The translations under genes and the position numbers were made by a program. Shown piece by piece: positions 45,449 to 54,222 of a stretch of 64,000 nt of DNA. The notes under the pieces are model-generated. The model saw only the letters and a program-made list of their open reading frames with translations. It did no database searches and had not been told where the DNA came from. Source of the DNA: Hydrogenophilales bacterium CG_4_10_14_3_um_filter_58_23 (GTDB lineage Bacteria > Pseudomonadota > Gammaproteobacteria > Burkholderiales > Sulfuricellaceae); contig PFJY01000122.1 of NCBI GenBank assembly GCA_002784065.1, forward strand, positions 8,597 to 72,596. Direction: 5' to 3'. The first letter of the stretch is position 1. Every line of letters starts with the position of its first letter.

Positions 45449-48016
45449 ATGGACAAACACAACGACATGAATAACGATATTCCGAACCCGGCGCGGCGCG
45501 ACTTTCTCAAGGTGGCGGGTGTCACCGTAGGGGCGGCGGGGCTGGTGAGCACTGGCGTGGCGCCCAAGGAAGCCAGGGCTTTTGCCTATGAACCTTACCC
45601 GACCGACGATCAGCTCACTACCGTGGTCACCAGTTGCGCCCACAACTGCGGCTCACGCCACATGCTGGTGGCGCACAAGAAAGGCGATGTCATTGTGCGC
45701 CTTTCTTCCGACGACGGGCGCTATCAGGAGGGGGGATTCTTCGGCAAGGACACGGTCGAGGAACCGCAGTTGCGCGCCTGTCTGCGCGGTCGCTCCTACC
45801 GATTGCGCATTTACTCGCCGGAGCGTCTGCTCTACCCGATGATGCGTGTTGGCGAACGGGGCGAAGGCAAATTCAAGCGCGTGTCGTGGGACGAGGCGCT
45901 TGACTTCGTGGCGAAAAAGATGATCGAACTCAAAAAGGAATACGGACCCACCGCGCTGCTCGATCAGTCCTACGCCGGCGCTTCCTTCGGTGTGCTGCAC
46001 AAGTCGGATCAGATCGAGGGTCTCCTGGGGCGTTTCCTCGGCATGTTCGGCTGCCGCACCAATTCCTGGTCGGTTCCTTCCTACCAGGCAACAACCTTTT
46101 CCTCGCGCATGACCTTCGGCACCATCATCGATGGCAACGAGGATGACGCTTTTGCTCATTCCAAGTTAATCATCATGTGGGGCTGGAACCCGGCTTACAC
46201 CTTTCACGGCGGCAACACCTTCTACTACATGCGCATGGCAAAGCAGAAGGGGTGCAAGTTTGTGCTGGTGGATCCGCAATTTACCGACTCCGCTTCCACC
46301 TACGATGCCTGGTGGATCCCAATCAAGCCGAATACCGATGCCGCCATGATGGCGGGAATGGCGCATTACATTTTTACCCACAAACTGCAAAACCAGAGAT
46401 TCATCAACAAGTTCTGCCAGGGCATGGACGCCGGCACTATGCCGAAATGGGCAAAGGACAAGGAGAGCTTCAAGGACTACATTCTCGGAAAATCCGACGG
46501 CGTGCCGAAAACGCCGGAATGGGCCGAGAAGCTCTGCGGTGTCAAGGCTGACGACATCAGGAAGCTGGCCCGCATGTATGCCACCACCAAGCCGGCTGCG
46601 CTCAAGGCATCCTGGGCACCGGGACGCAATGCCTATGGCGAGCAGTACAACCGCATGGCGGCGGCCTTGCAGGCGATGACCGGCAACATCGGCATCCTTG
46701 GCGGCTGCGCCGAGGGCGTCGGCAAAGGCTGGCATGCCGAGTCTGTGGCCTATCCTTATGACGAGAACGCCAACCTGTGGTGGGGTTCGATCAAGTCAGA
46801 CCGCTGGGCGCACTGCGTACTCAACTATCCCAACGTCAAGCGCGAGGAAGTCGGTTGCTGGCCGCGCGATGACGAACTCGACGGAAAGATTCCCAATATC
46901 CGCGGCATTTTCTGGCAGGGATCCGACTGGTTTAACCAGCTCACCAACATCAATAAGGAAATCCAGGCGGTGAAGAAGCTCGATCTTGTGGTGTGTTCGG
47001 ATTCCACCATCACGCCATCAGGGCTGTGGGCCGATGTGCTGCTGCCGGTGGCGACCCATTTTGAACGGCACGATGCTGCGCTGCCTTGGTACAAGGGGCA
47101 CTACTACATCCACCGTCCCAAGGTTATCGAACCGTTGGGCGAGTCGAAAACCGATCTGCAAATCTATACCGAGTTGTGCTACCGCCTGGAAGAACTCGAT
47201 CCCTCCCTCAAGGATCTCGGCAAACGTTACAACCCCAAGGCCACACGGGAATACTTCCACAAGAACGACGAGGTGGACGAATCCTATCTGACCGACTGGT
47301 GGAACAACAAAGTAAAAAAAGATCAGGGCGTCAAGATGTCTTGGGAAGACTTCAAGAAATACGGTGTTTACAAGTTCACTTTCAAGCGTCCACTGGTCGG
47401 TTTCCGCGACCAGATCGAGAAGGGCGTGCCGTTCGAGACCCCGTCGGGCAAGATCGAAATCTTCTCCACCACTCTGGCGAAAATCACGGATTGGACCAAG
47501 ACCCAGTATGGCTACGAGATTCCCGCCATCCCGAAGTGGATCGAGCCGTTCGAGTCGCTTAACAGTCCCAAGATCAAGGATTATCCATTTCATCTGGTCA
47601 GTCCGCATCCCCGCTGGCGCACTCACAGCATCTTCAACAACATCCCCTGGCTGAGGGAAACCTATGACCAGGAGGTAACGGTCAACGCCGCCGATGCCGC
47701 CCGCCTCGGCATCATAACCGGCGACACCATCGAGGTGTGGAATGAGCGCGGCAAATGCGTCCTGCCCGCGTATGTGACGGAGCGCTGCATGCCCGGCGTG
47801 GCGGTGATCTACGAAGGGGCCTGGATGGATTTGGACGAAAACGGCATCGACCGTGCCGGCAACCCCGACTTTCTCACGCTGGATGAACCGAGCCCGGCCG
47901 GCGCTTTCGCCTACAACACGGTGCTTGTGAACATGAAGAAATCGGAACTGGTTCACCGCCCGGGCTGGGACAAACTGGCCACTTCGCGTTCCTCGGTTTT
48001 CCGGCGCGACTATTGA
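45449..48016 (+). CDS. Tat-exported DMSO-reductase-family (Mo/W-bisPGD) catalytic subunit, DmsA-like
   Basis: ARRDFLK Tat motif; CAHNCGSRH..ACLRGRS; RLLYPM..GEGKFKRVSWDEAL; PNTDAAM; ADVLLP; TPSGKIEIFS; RTHS. Confidence 0.92.
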   Translation: MDKHNDMNNDIPNPARRDFLKVAGVTVGAAGLVSTGVAPKEARAFAYEPYPTDDQLTTVVTSCAHNCGSRHMLVAHKKGDVIVRLSSDDGRYQEGGFFGKDTVEEPQLRACLRGRSYRLRIYSPERLLYPMMRVGERGEGKFKRVSWDEALDFVAKKMIELKKEYGPTALLDQSYAGASFGVLHKSDQIEGLLGRFLGMFGCRTNSWSVPSYQATTFSSRMTFGTIIDGNEDDAFAHSKLIIMWGWNPAYTFHGGNTFYYMRMAKQKGCKFVLVDPQFTDSASTYDAWWIPIKPNTDAAMMAGMAHYIFTHKLQNQRFINKFCQGMDAGTMPKWAKDKESFKDYILGKSDGVPKTPEWAEKLCGVKADDIRKLARMYATTKPAALKASWAPGRNAYGEQYNRMAAALQAMTGNIGILGGCAEGVGKGWHAESVAYPYDENANLWWGSIKSDRWAHCVLNYPNVKREEVGCWPRDDELDGKIPNIRGIFWQGSDWFNQLTNINKEIQAVKKLDLVVCSDSTITPSGLWADVLLPVATHFERHDAALPWYKGHYYIHRPKVIEPLGESKTDLQIYTELCYRLEELDPSLKDLGKRYNPKATREYFHKNDEVDESYLTDWWNNKVKKDQGVKMSWEDFKKYGVYKFTFKRPLVGFRDQIEKGVPFETPSGKIEIFSTTLAKITDWTKTQYGYEIPAIPKWIEPFESLNSPKIKDYPFHLVSPHPRWRTHSIFNNIPWLRETYDQEVTVNAADAARLGIITGDTIEVWNERGKCVLPAYVTERCMPGVAVIYEGAWMDLDENGIDRAGNPDFLTLDEPSPAGAFAYNTVLVNMKKSELVHRPGWDKLATSRSSVFRRDY

Positions 48017-48028
48017 TCGGAGCTCATT

Positions 48029-48709
48029 ATGGAAAACAAGAAAATTATTCGTAAGATCGGTAGTAAGGCGGCGCTCAGAACCGCCGTTGAACGCCGCGAT
48101 GCCACCACTTACGAGCCGGTCAAACCGGCGATGCAGCTCGGCTTCATCCACAATAACGTCGATTGCATCGGCTGCCGCGCCTGCGAAATCGCCTGCAAGG
48201 ACAAGAACGGCCTGCCGCCGGGACCGCGTTTCCGCCGCGTGATGTATATCGAGGGCGGCACGTTCCCGGAAGTGTTCGCCTACAAGGTAAATATGTCCTG
48301 CAACCATTGCGCGGAACCCGCCTGCTTGCCCACATGCCCTACCGGAGCCATCTATAAGCGGGCAGACAACGGCATCGTGGATATCGATTCCACCCTGTGC
48401 ATCGGCTGCCGGCGCTGCGAGGCTGCTTGTCCATATGGCGCTCCGCAGTTCGATCCGGCGGAGAACATCGTCAAGAAGTGCAATATGTGCGTGGATGAGA
48501 TCGAGGCCGGGCGCAAGCCCTACTGCGTCATGGCCTGCATGATGCGCGTGCTCGACATCGGGCCGATCGACCGGTTGCGGGCCGGCACTTACGAGACCAA
48601 GGCGCTGGGCCCCAGGGACAAGGTGGTACGCCAGGTCAAGCACATGGCCAATCCAGAGCTCACCAATCCATCGATTGTCTTTGTACCCCATCCGAAAGGC
48701 AGGGTGTGA
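48029..48709 (+). CDS. Four-[4Fe-4S] electron-transfer subunit, DmsB-like
   Basis: CIGCRACEIAC, CNHCAEPACLPTCP, CIGCRRCEAACP, KCNMC..CVMAC, TNPSIV. Confidence 0.92.
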   Translation: MENKKIIRKIGSKAALRTAVERRDATTYEPVKPAMQLGFIHNNVDCIGCRACEIACKDKNGLPPGPRFRRVMYIEGGTFPEVFAYKVNMSCNHCAEPACLPTCPTGAIYKRADNGIVDIDSTLCIGCRRCEAACPYGAPQFDPAENIVKKCNMCVDEIEAGRKPYCVMACMMRVLDIGPIDRLRAGTYETKALGPRDKVVRQVKHMANPELTNPSIVFVPHPKGRV

Positions 48710-49395
48710 TGGGCGCCGGATTACCACTATGGGCCGAGGATTTGCGCCTGCTGGGCTGGCTGCACACCCGCGAGCGCGATCGGGAAATATTGCTCGCACT
48801 CGCCGCCGACGGCTTCCCGGAGGGCTTGGCAATCGGCGCCAGCGAGGAAGCTGGCGCCATGCGTGCCGCGCTGTCCGGGTTGGCAACGGCAGTGCCAGGC
48901 CCGGAAGCAGCGGATGACGAACTGGCTGCGGATTATGCTGCCATCTACCTCACCCATGCCTATCGCGCCTCACCCTGCGAATCAGTGTGGCATGACAAGG
49001 ATCACCTCGCTTGGCAAGAGCCAACTTTCGCCGTGCGCGCCTGGTACCGGCGCTATGGGCTCGCCGTAGCTGACTGGCGGACATTGCCGGACGACCACCT
49101 CGCCTATCAACTGGAATTTGTCGCCCGGCTGCTGGAAAAAGACGAAACCGAGGCTGCGGCGCGTTTTCTTGACGCCCACCTGCTCACCTGGTTGCCGGAC
49201 TTTTCCCGCCGTGTCGCGCAGCGCGCCGCCACCCCCTTCTACCGTGCCCTGGCGAACGTTACCCTGGCCACCGTAACCGGATTGAGGCGAAAGTTGCCCA
49301 GTGTCGAGCCGGAGGCAGAAATGCTCGCAGTGGAACAGGCCGCCCTTGTCCCCCTTCAGTTTGTCGCCCGGGAGACATGGCTGGCAGAACCATGA
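48706..49395 (+). CDS. TorD/DmsD-family molybdoenzyme maturation chaperone
   Basis: SPCESVW, PDDHLAYQLEF, FLDAHLLTWLP. Confidence 0.88.
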   Translation: MMGAGLPLWAEDLRLLGWLHTRERDREILLALAADGFPEGLAIGASEEAGAMRAALSGLATAVPGPEAADDELAADYAAIYLTHAYRASPCESVWHDKDHLAWQEPTFAVRAWYRRYGLAVADWRTLPDDHLAYQLEFVARLLEKDETEAAARFLDAHLLTWLPDFSRRVAQRAATPFYRALANVTLATVTGLRRKLPSVEPEAEMLAVEQAALVPLQFVARETWLAEP

Positions 49396-49441
49396 AATAG
49401 GCTATGCCAAGGATTTATCGAAGTCAATCGAGGAGCCTCAA

Positions 49442-49789
49442 ATGAAAGTAAAATTAGTTTCATCTATCGTCTTTATGATGGTTGCCTTGCTGGCAGGCGT
49501 TCACTCCTTTGCGGGCAACGCACCGGCGCCGAAAGAAGCGGCAGCTTGCCTGACTTGCCACGATATCGAAGCGAAGAAAATTGGTCCTCCTTATAAGGAT
49601 GTGGCCAGGAAATATGCCGGTCAGAAAAATGCTCAGGCCGACCTCGCCAAGCGTATTGTCAGGGGAACGGCTCCTGGCCTCGGCTGGATGAAAGAAGGCA
49701 AGGCAACCATGCCGTTTATGCCGCCTAATGTTGCGGTGGCACCGAAAGATGCGGCCAAACTGGCCAAGTGGGTTCTCACTATAAAATAA
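49442..49789 (+). CDS. Monoheme class I cytochrome c (c551/c552-like)
   Basis: GAGGAG RBS; signal peptide; CLTCH..KKIGPPYKDVA..MPPN. Confidence 0.9.
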   Translation: MKVKLVSSIVFMMVALLAGVHSFAGNAPAPKEAAACLTCHDIEAKKIGPPYKDVARKYAGQKNAQADLAKRIVRGTAPGLGWMKEGKATMPFMPPNVAVAPKDAAKLAKWVLTIK

Positions 49790-49847
49790 AAATTTATCAA
49801 TTCATTTTTGCATTCTTCGTTAAACCTGGAATAGGTTAAAGGTCAAT

Positions 49848-50345
49848 ATGATTCTTGAAGTCACGGGTGATATTCTGCTTTCCCAGGCACGAGTCATTGC
49901 GCACGGCGTCGCGCCGAACGATCCGCACAATCAAGGGCTGGCGCTGGCTTTGCGGGAAATATGGCCAGCCATGTACAAGGATTTTCGCCATTATTGCCAA
50001 ACGACCCACCCCAAGCCGGGAAGCGTCTGGGCCGGAGCAAGCCCCGACGGCAAGCGCGTAGTGGCGCTCTTCACCCAGGAAGCTGCCTATGGCCATGGCG
50101 CAAAGCCCGGGCGGGCAACTAGCGAATATATCAACCACGCCTTAAAGGAGTTGCGCCATCTGGCCGAAGTGGAGAGCTTCGAGAGCTTGGCGCTGCCGCG
50201 TCTTGCAACTGGTGTCGGCGGCATGGACTGGGGCGAGGTGCGCGCATTGATCGACAAATACTTGGCCGACCTGTCCATGCCAGTTTATCTCTACACGACG
50301 TTTCACAAGGGCATGCAAGCTGACGAATCTGCCCGAATACGATGA
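49848..50345 (+). CDS. Macro-domain (ADP-ribose-binding/processing) protein
   Basis: EVTGDIL..IAHGVA..GLALAL..SLALPRLATGVGGMDW. Confidence 0.8.
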   Translation: MILEVTGDILLSQARVIAHGVAPNDPHNQGLALALREIWPAMYKDFRHYCQTTHPKPGSVWAGASPDGKRVVALFTQEAAYGHGAKPGRATSEYINHALKELRHLAEVESFESLALPRLATGVGGMDWGEVRALIDKYLADLSMPVYLYTTFHKGMQADESARIR

Positions 50346-50441
50346 CGAAGTCATGTAAACAATTGGCGCGGTCATGAAACGGGCGCCGTTCCAGATTGAT
50401 TAAATATTCTGCGCAAGCGCAACGATGTTTCGAGAGCACGG

Positions 50442-51527
50442 GTGGACAAGCGTTGTGCTCATTTTGGGGGCGCCTCTGGCGCCCCGTTTTTTCTGTTGAG
50501 CATGATGCCCGGAATTCTTCCTGATCATTGTACCCACGAGCGTTCTCCGCTCGCGTCCTGCCTCGCTTGCGTCGAGATATGCCCGCGCGCTGCATGGAGC
50601 GCCGACGACAACGGGCTGGTTCTCGACGAAGCGGCATGCAATGAGTGCGGCCTGTGCATGGCAGCTTGCCCAGAAGGTGCATTGACCGCTTACTTCTCCG
50701 CGCCACTGGCCGATTCCTCGCGCAAGGCGGCGTTCTGGGCTTGCGCGCCGATAGCCGGTGAAAAAGGCGAGGGTGTACTGCCTTGTCTGCACGCCGCGTC
50801 CGACCAGATGCTGGCCGATCTGGCCCGGCGCGGCATTCGCCGGCTGCAGTTGGCGCAGGGGGAGTGCGCCTCCTGCCCCCGCTATCCCCGCAATGGGCTG
50901 ACGCTGGAAGTGCGTCTGTCGCAGATCAACGCTGCCTTACAGGCACGGGGGCTGGCGCCGGTCGTGATCGAACGTGCGGATGCGGCGACTTGGCGCAAAC
51001 AGTCGGACAGGCAGCAGGAATTCGCAAACCGGCGCGGGTTTCTCGGCGCGCTGCTCAAACGGCCTGGGGCGGTTTTACAGCCCCCGGCGAATGCCGGTAC
51101 GTCATGCAACGATGCCACCGTCGTCGGCGCCTGGCTGCAACACTATGGCGCGGGGCCGCTTCCCTCGGTGCCCACGGTGGATTTTAGCCGTTGCACTTTA
51201 TGTGGCGCATGTATCGCTTTGTGTGCTCACCAAGCGCTGTTGTTGCGCAGATCAAACGAGGAAGCCATCTTTGCCGTCTCGCCAGAACATTGCACTGGTT
51301 GCCGTCTGTGTGTCGATGTCTGCGCGGACGATGCTGTCGCCGTGGGGGAATGGCTGACGCCACCATCGCCCCTCGGGGCCACACTGGTCAAACAGATATG
51401 CGGACGTTGCCAAAATGCTTTCTGGCAGTTCGCGGAAAGAAAGGAAAGAGAAACCTTCTGTCCGGTATGCCGCAAAACCGGCGGAAAAAATCCCGGCCGC
51501 CTTGTCGAAAAAGATCATCGGTATTGA
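50442..51527 (+). CDS. Multi-[4Fe-4S] ferredoxin-like protein
   Basis: CLACVEICP, CNECGLCMAACP, CTLCGACIALC, CTGCRLCVDVC, CGRC..CPVC; start may be 50502. Confidence 0.82.
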   Translation: MDKRCAHFGGASGAPFFLLSMMPGILPDHCTHERSPLASCLACVEICPRAAWSADDNGLVLDEAACNECGLCMAACPEGALTAYFSAPLADSSRKAAFWACAPIAGEKGEGVLPCLHAASDQMLADLARRGIRRLQLAQGECASCPRYPRNGLTLEVRLSQINAALQARGLAPVVIERADAATWRKQSDRQQEFANRRGFLGALLKRPGAVLQPPANAGTSCNDATVVGAWLQHYGAGPLPSVPTVDFSRCTLCGACIALCAHQALLLRRSNEEAIFAVSPEHCTGCRLCVDVCADDAVAVGEWLTPPSPLGATLVKQICGRCQNAFWQFAERKERETFCPVCRKTGGKNPGRLVEKDHRY

Positions 51528-51529
51528 CC

Positions 51530-52030
51530 ATGAAATGTTCCTTGGAAGAGAAAGATGACAAACGCTTCCCTCTGCGGCTTCAGGCCGTCAATCGCTTTAC
51601 GATTGCAGCCATGTTTTGGCTGAACGGCGCTGCCCATGTCATTATTGGCCTGGCTCTGGCGCTTTCCGTGCTGATGTTTACCTGGCTGTTTTTTGTAGAT
51701 GTACGCCAGGCGGCTGATGCCAACAATCTGGTTCATGGGTTTGTCCATGCGCTGGGCACTTTGATGCTGCTGTGGACGATTTCCGCGCTCATCACTGCGG
51801 AAATCCGCTACCTGGAAGGAAACAAGCTGGAAGTGGATACCTTTGTCGAGGTTGCGCTGGTGGTCGTGCTGCGCAAAGTGATTACCATGCCTGTACTGGC
51901 AGTGCAGCCTCCATTGCAGGAAATCCTGCTGTGGAACATCGCGGCATTGATGTTGGGAGTGCTCTTCTTCCTCGTGCGATGGGCGCAGCGTCAGCAAGAT
52001 AACATCCCTAGCCAAAACGCAGTAAAATAA
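51530..52030 (+). CDS. PsiE-family four-TM membrane protein
   Basis: Four hydrophobic segments; EI..YL and FVEVALVVVLRKVI motifs. Confidence 0.7.
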   Translation: MKCSLEEKDDKRFPLRLQAVNRFTIAAMFWLNGAAHVIIGLALALSVLMFTWLFFVDVRQAADANNLVHGFVHALGTLMLLWTISALITAEIRYLEGNKLEVDTFVEVALVVVLRKVITMPVLAVQPPLQEILLWNIAALMLGVLFFLVRWAQRQQDNIPSQNAVK

Positions 52031-52089
52031 TCGAATATTTCATGACGAAACCGCCCCGAATCATGAAACAGCGCTGCGCCATGACCGTT

Positions 52090-52287
52090 CCCCTCACCCA
52101 TCCCGGCAAGAGAGGGGGACGAGGTCTCGCTGCGCGAGTTTCACGTTAAACCTGGAAAAGGCAGTTGGATTGACGAACTCTGCTGCAACGCCAGTATCCA
52201 CGCGGGTTCCCTCACCCCTACCCCTCTCTCCCGCCGGGAGAGGGGAATTGCTCCCTTCACCCCCGGGAGAAGGGCTGGGGATGAGGG
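52090..52287. repeat. CCCTCACCCC..CTCTCCC/GGGAGAG..GGGGATGAGGG palindromic element (full copy 52209-52287, partial 52090-52118)
   Basis: Nested hairpins; the same CTCTCCC-GGGAGAG core lies inside the REPINs at 35243 and 40521. Confidence 0.75.
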
Positions 52288-52344
52288 AGCACGTGACCAT
52301 GACCTCTTCCAACTGCGGTTTTTAGGTTAAATTTTGTCCATTTG

Positions 52345-54222
52345 ATGAACCATAACCGCCTTTACACTTGGCTCGCAGCCCGTAGCGAGCGCAGACTGCT
52401 GGCCGTGCTGCTCGGCGTGGCGCTCGCCTCGGCCTTGGTGTTCCTGGCGCTGGCGATCATCATGGCCGGACACGGCGTGCGTGCCGAGCATGAAGCCGCG
52501 GCACGGCGCATGGCCGGGTTGTTCGAGGCCAGCCTCAAAAATGCGATGCTCAAACGCGACCTGCCGGGATTGCGCGATATCGTCCAGCAACTGGGCAAAA
52601 CGCCTGGCGTGCGCGATGTGCTGATCCTCAACCCCAGTGGCGAGGTGCGTTTTGCCGCCAAGAGCGGGCGCCTCGGCGAACATCCCGCCGACTATCTCGA
52701 TGGGCTGTGCCTGACACGGGGCTGTGGCGAGTCCCCGGCACGACTCACCTGGCTGGAGTCCCGTTCCGGCGGCGGCATTCGCATTGCCTGGCCTGTGCGC
52801 AACGAATTCCGCTGCCTTGCGTGTCATGGTCGGGCAAGCGAAAAGCCAGTCAACGGCATCCTGGTGGTGGAACTGTCAGCCGCTGCAGGAAATGAGGCCT
52901 TGCGCGGCTCGGCACAGTCTCTGATTGCGGCGGGGCTTCTCGCCATTGCTCTCACTGCAGGAAGCCTGGTGTGGGCATTGCGGCGCACGGTGCTGCGGCC
53001 GCTTGCGCGCCTCACCAGCGTGACCGACGCGCTGGCGGCGGGCGATCTGTCTGCTCGCGCCAGGCTCCACGGAAGCGATGAGCTGGCGCGCTTGGGACGG
53101 CATTTCGACGGCATGGCCGAGATGCTGGCAGGAATGCTCGTCACCCTGGAGGGCGAGCGTGGCTTTCTGCAAGCGCTGCTTGATGCCATGCCCGACCCGG
53201 TGCTGGTGATCGATGCGAGCTACCGGATTGTGCTGGCGAACGCCGCTTACCGTCAACTATTGGGACTTTCTGCCGATTTTATGGGGAAATCCTGCCATTC
53301 CGTGGGCCGGGGACTCGCCGAACCCTGCCCGGCGACGCTGGTGATTTGCCCGGTGCGTGAACTCGCTTCGGGAAAAGAAGCCTTGCGTTCGGTGATAACC
53401 CTGCAACGTGCCGATGGTCTTGCCTTGGATGTAGAAATCGATACCGCGCCGCTGGTGGCGGCAGATGGCCGTCGGCTGGTGGTGGAAGTGTTGCGCCCAC
53501 TGGGAGAAAAAGTCCGTTTTTCACAAGAGCAACGCCTCTCGGCAATAGGCCTTCTGGCCAACGGAGTGGCCCACGAAATTCGCAACCCCCTGGCCTCCAT
53601 CCGTATCGCCTTGCAGGGAGCACAGCGCCGGTTGCGCGGCGAGGAACTGGACCGGGATGCGCTTTCCAGCTATCTTGATCTCGTCGACAGGGAAATTGAT
53701 CGCTGTGTATCCATCACCGAACGGCTGCTGCGCATGAGCCAGCCGTCAGCGGCTATCGCCCGGCCGACAGCGGTTGTTCCCGCCATCACGGAAACGCTGG
53801 CATTGTTGGCCGAGGAAGCCCGTGTTCAAAATATAAAAGTGGAAACGGATATTCAGCCGGATAATTTCGCTGTGCTTGCCGATGACGCCGAATTGCGCAT
53901 GTTGACCCTCAACCTTGCCCAGAATGCTTTTCACGCCATGCCCCAAGGCGGTTGTTTGAGTGTAACTGGCCGCATCCAGGACGACATGGGCGAACTCGTC
54001 TTCCGCGATAGCGGCAGAGGCATCGATGTGGAGGATTTACCTATGATTTTCATGCCTTTTTTCAGTCACCGGGTCGACGGCAGGCAGGGCAGCGGCTTAG
54101 GGTTGGCCATCTGCAAAGCCATGGTCGAACGCTTTGGCGGCAGCATCCATGCTGACAGCCAGACAGGACGAGGCAGCACCTTCACCGTCCGCCTTCCGCT
54201 GGCGAAGCGGGAGCACCGATGA
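52345..54222 (+). CDS. Sensor histidine kinase with periplasmic CxxCH, HAMP and Cys-containing PAS domains
   Basis: Two TMs flanking CLACH; HAMP (DELARLGRHFDGM); PAS with SCH..PC..CPV; AHEIRNPL; NLAQNA, DSGRG, GSGLGL. Confidence 0.88.
   Translation: MNHNRLYTWLAARSERRLLAVLLGVALASALVFLALAIIMAGHGVRAEHEAAARRMAGLFEASLKNAMLKRDLPGLRDIVQQLGKTPGVRDVLILNPSGEVRFAAKSGRLGEHPADYLDGLCLTRGCGESPARLTWLESRSGGGIRIAWPVRNEFRCLACHGRASEKPVNGILVVELSAAAGNEALRGSAQSLIAAGLLAIALTAGSLVWALRRTVLRPLARLTSVTDALAAGDLSARARLHGSDELARLGRHFDGMAEMLAGMLVTLEGERGFLQALLDAMPDPVLVIDASYRIVLANAAYRQLLGLSADFMGKSCHSVGRGLAEPCPATLVICPVRELASGKEALRSVITLQRADGLALDVEIDTAPLVAADGRRLVVEVLRPLGEKVRFSQEQRLSAIGLLANGVAHEIRNPLASIRIALQGAQRRLRGEELDRDALSSYLDLVDREIDRCVSITERLLRMSQPSAAIARPTAVVPAITETLALLAEEARVQNIKVETDIQPDNFAVLADDAELRMLTLNLAQNAFHAMPQGGCLSVTGRIQDDMGELVFRDSGRGIDVEDLPMIFMPFFSHRVDGRQGSGLGLAICKAMVERFGGSIHADSQTGRGSTFTVRLPLAKREHR

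Noticed and set aside
45449-48016. Assigning dmsA, torA, arrA, psrA or narG to the molybdoenzyme
   Set aside because: Altered FS0 motif, divergent active-site segment and no anchor subunit; the substrate cannot be read from sequence
47018-48886. 622-aa antisense ORF (also 6284-7732, 7941-9233, 19615-20793, 23757-25046, 26001-27095)
   Set aside because: Shadow frames opposite well-supported genes in GC-rich DNA; no recognisable motifs
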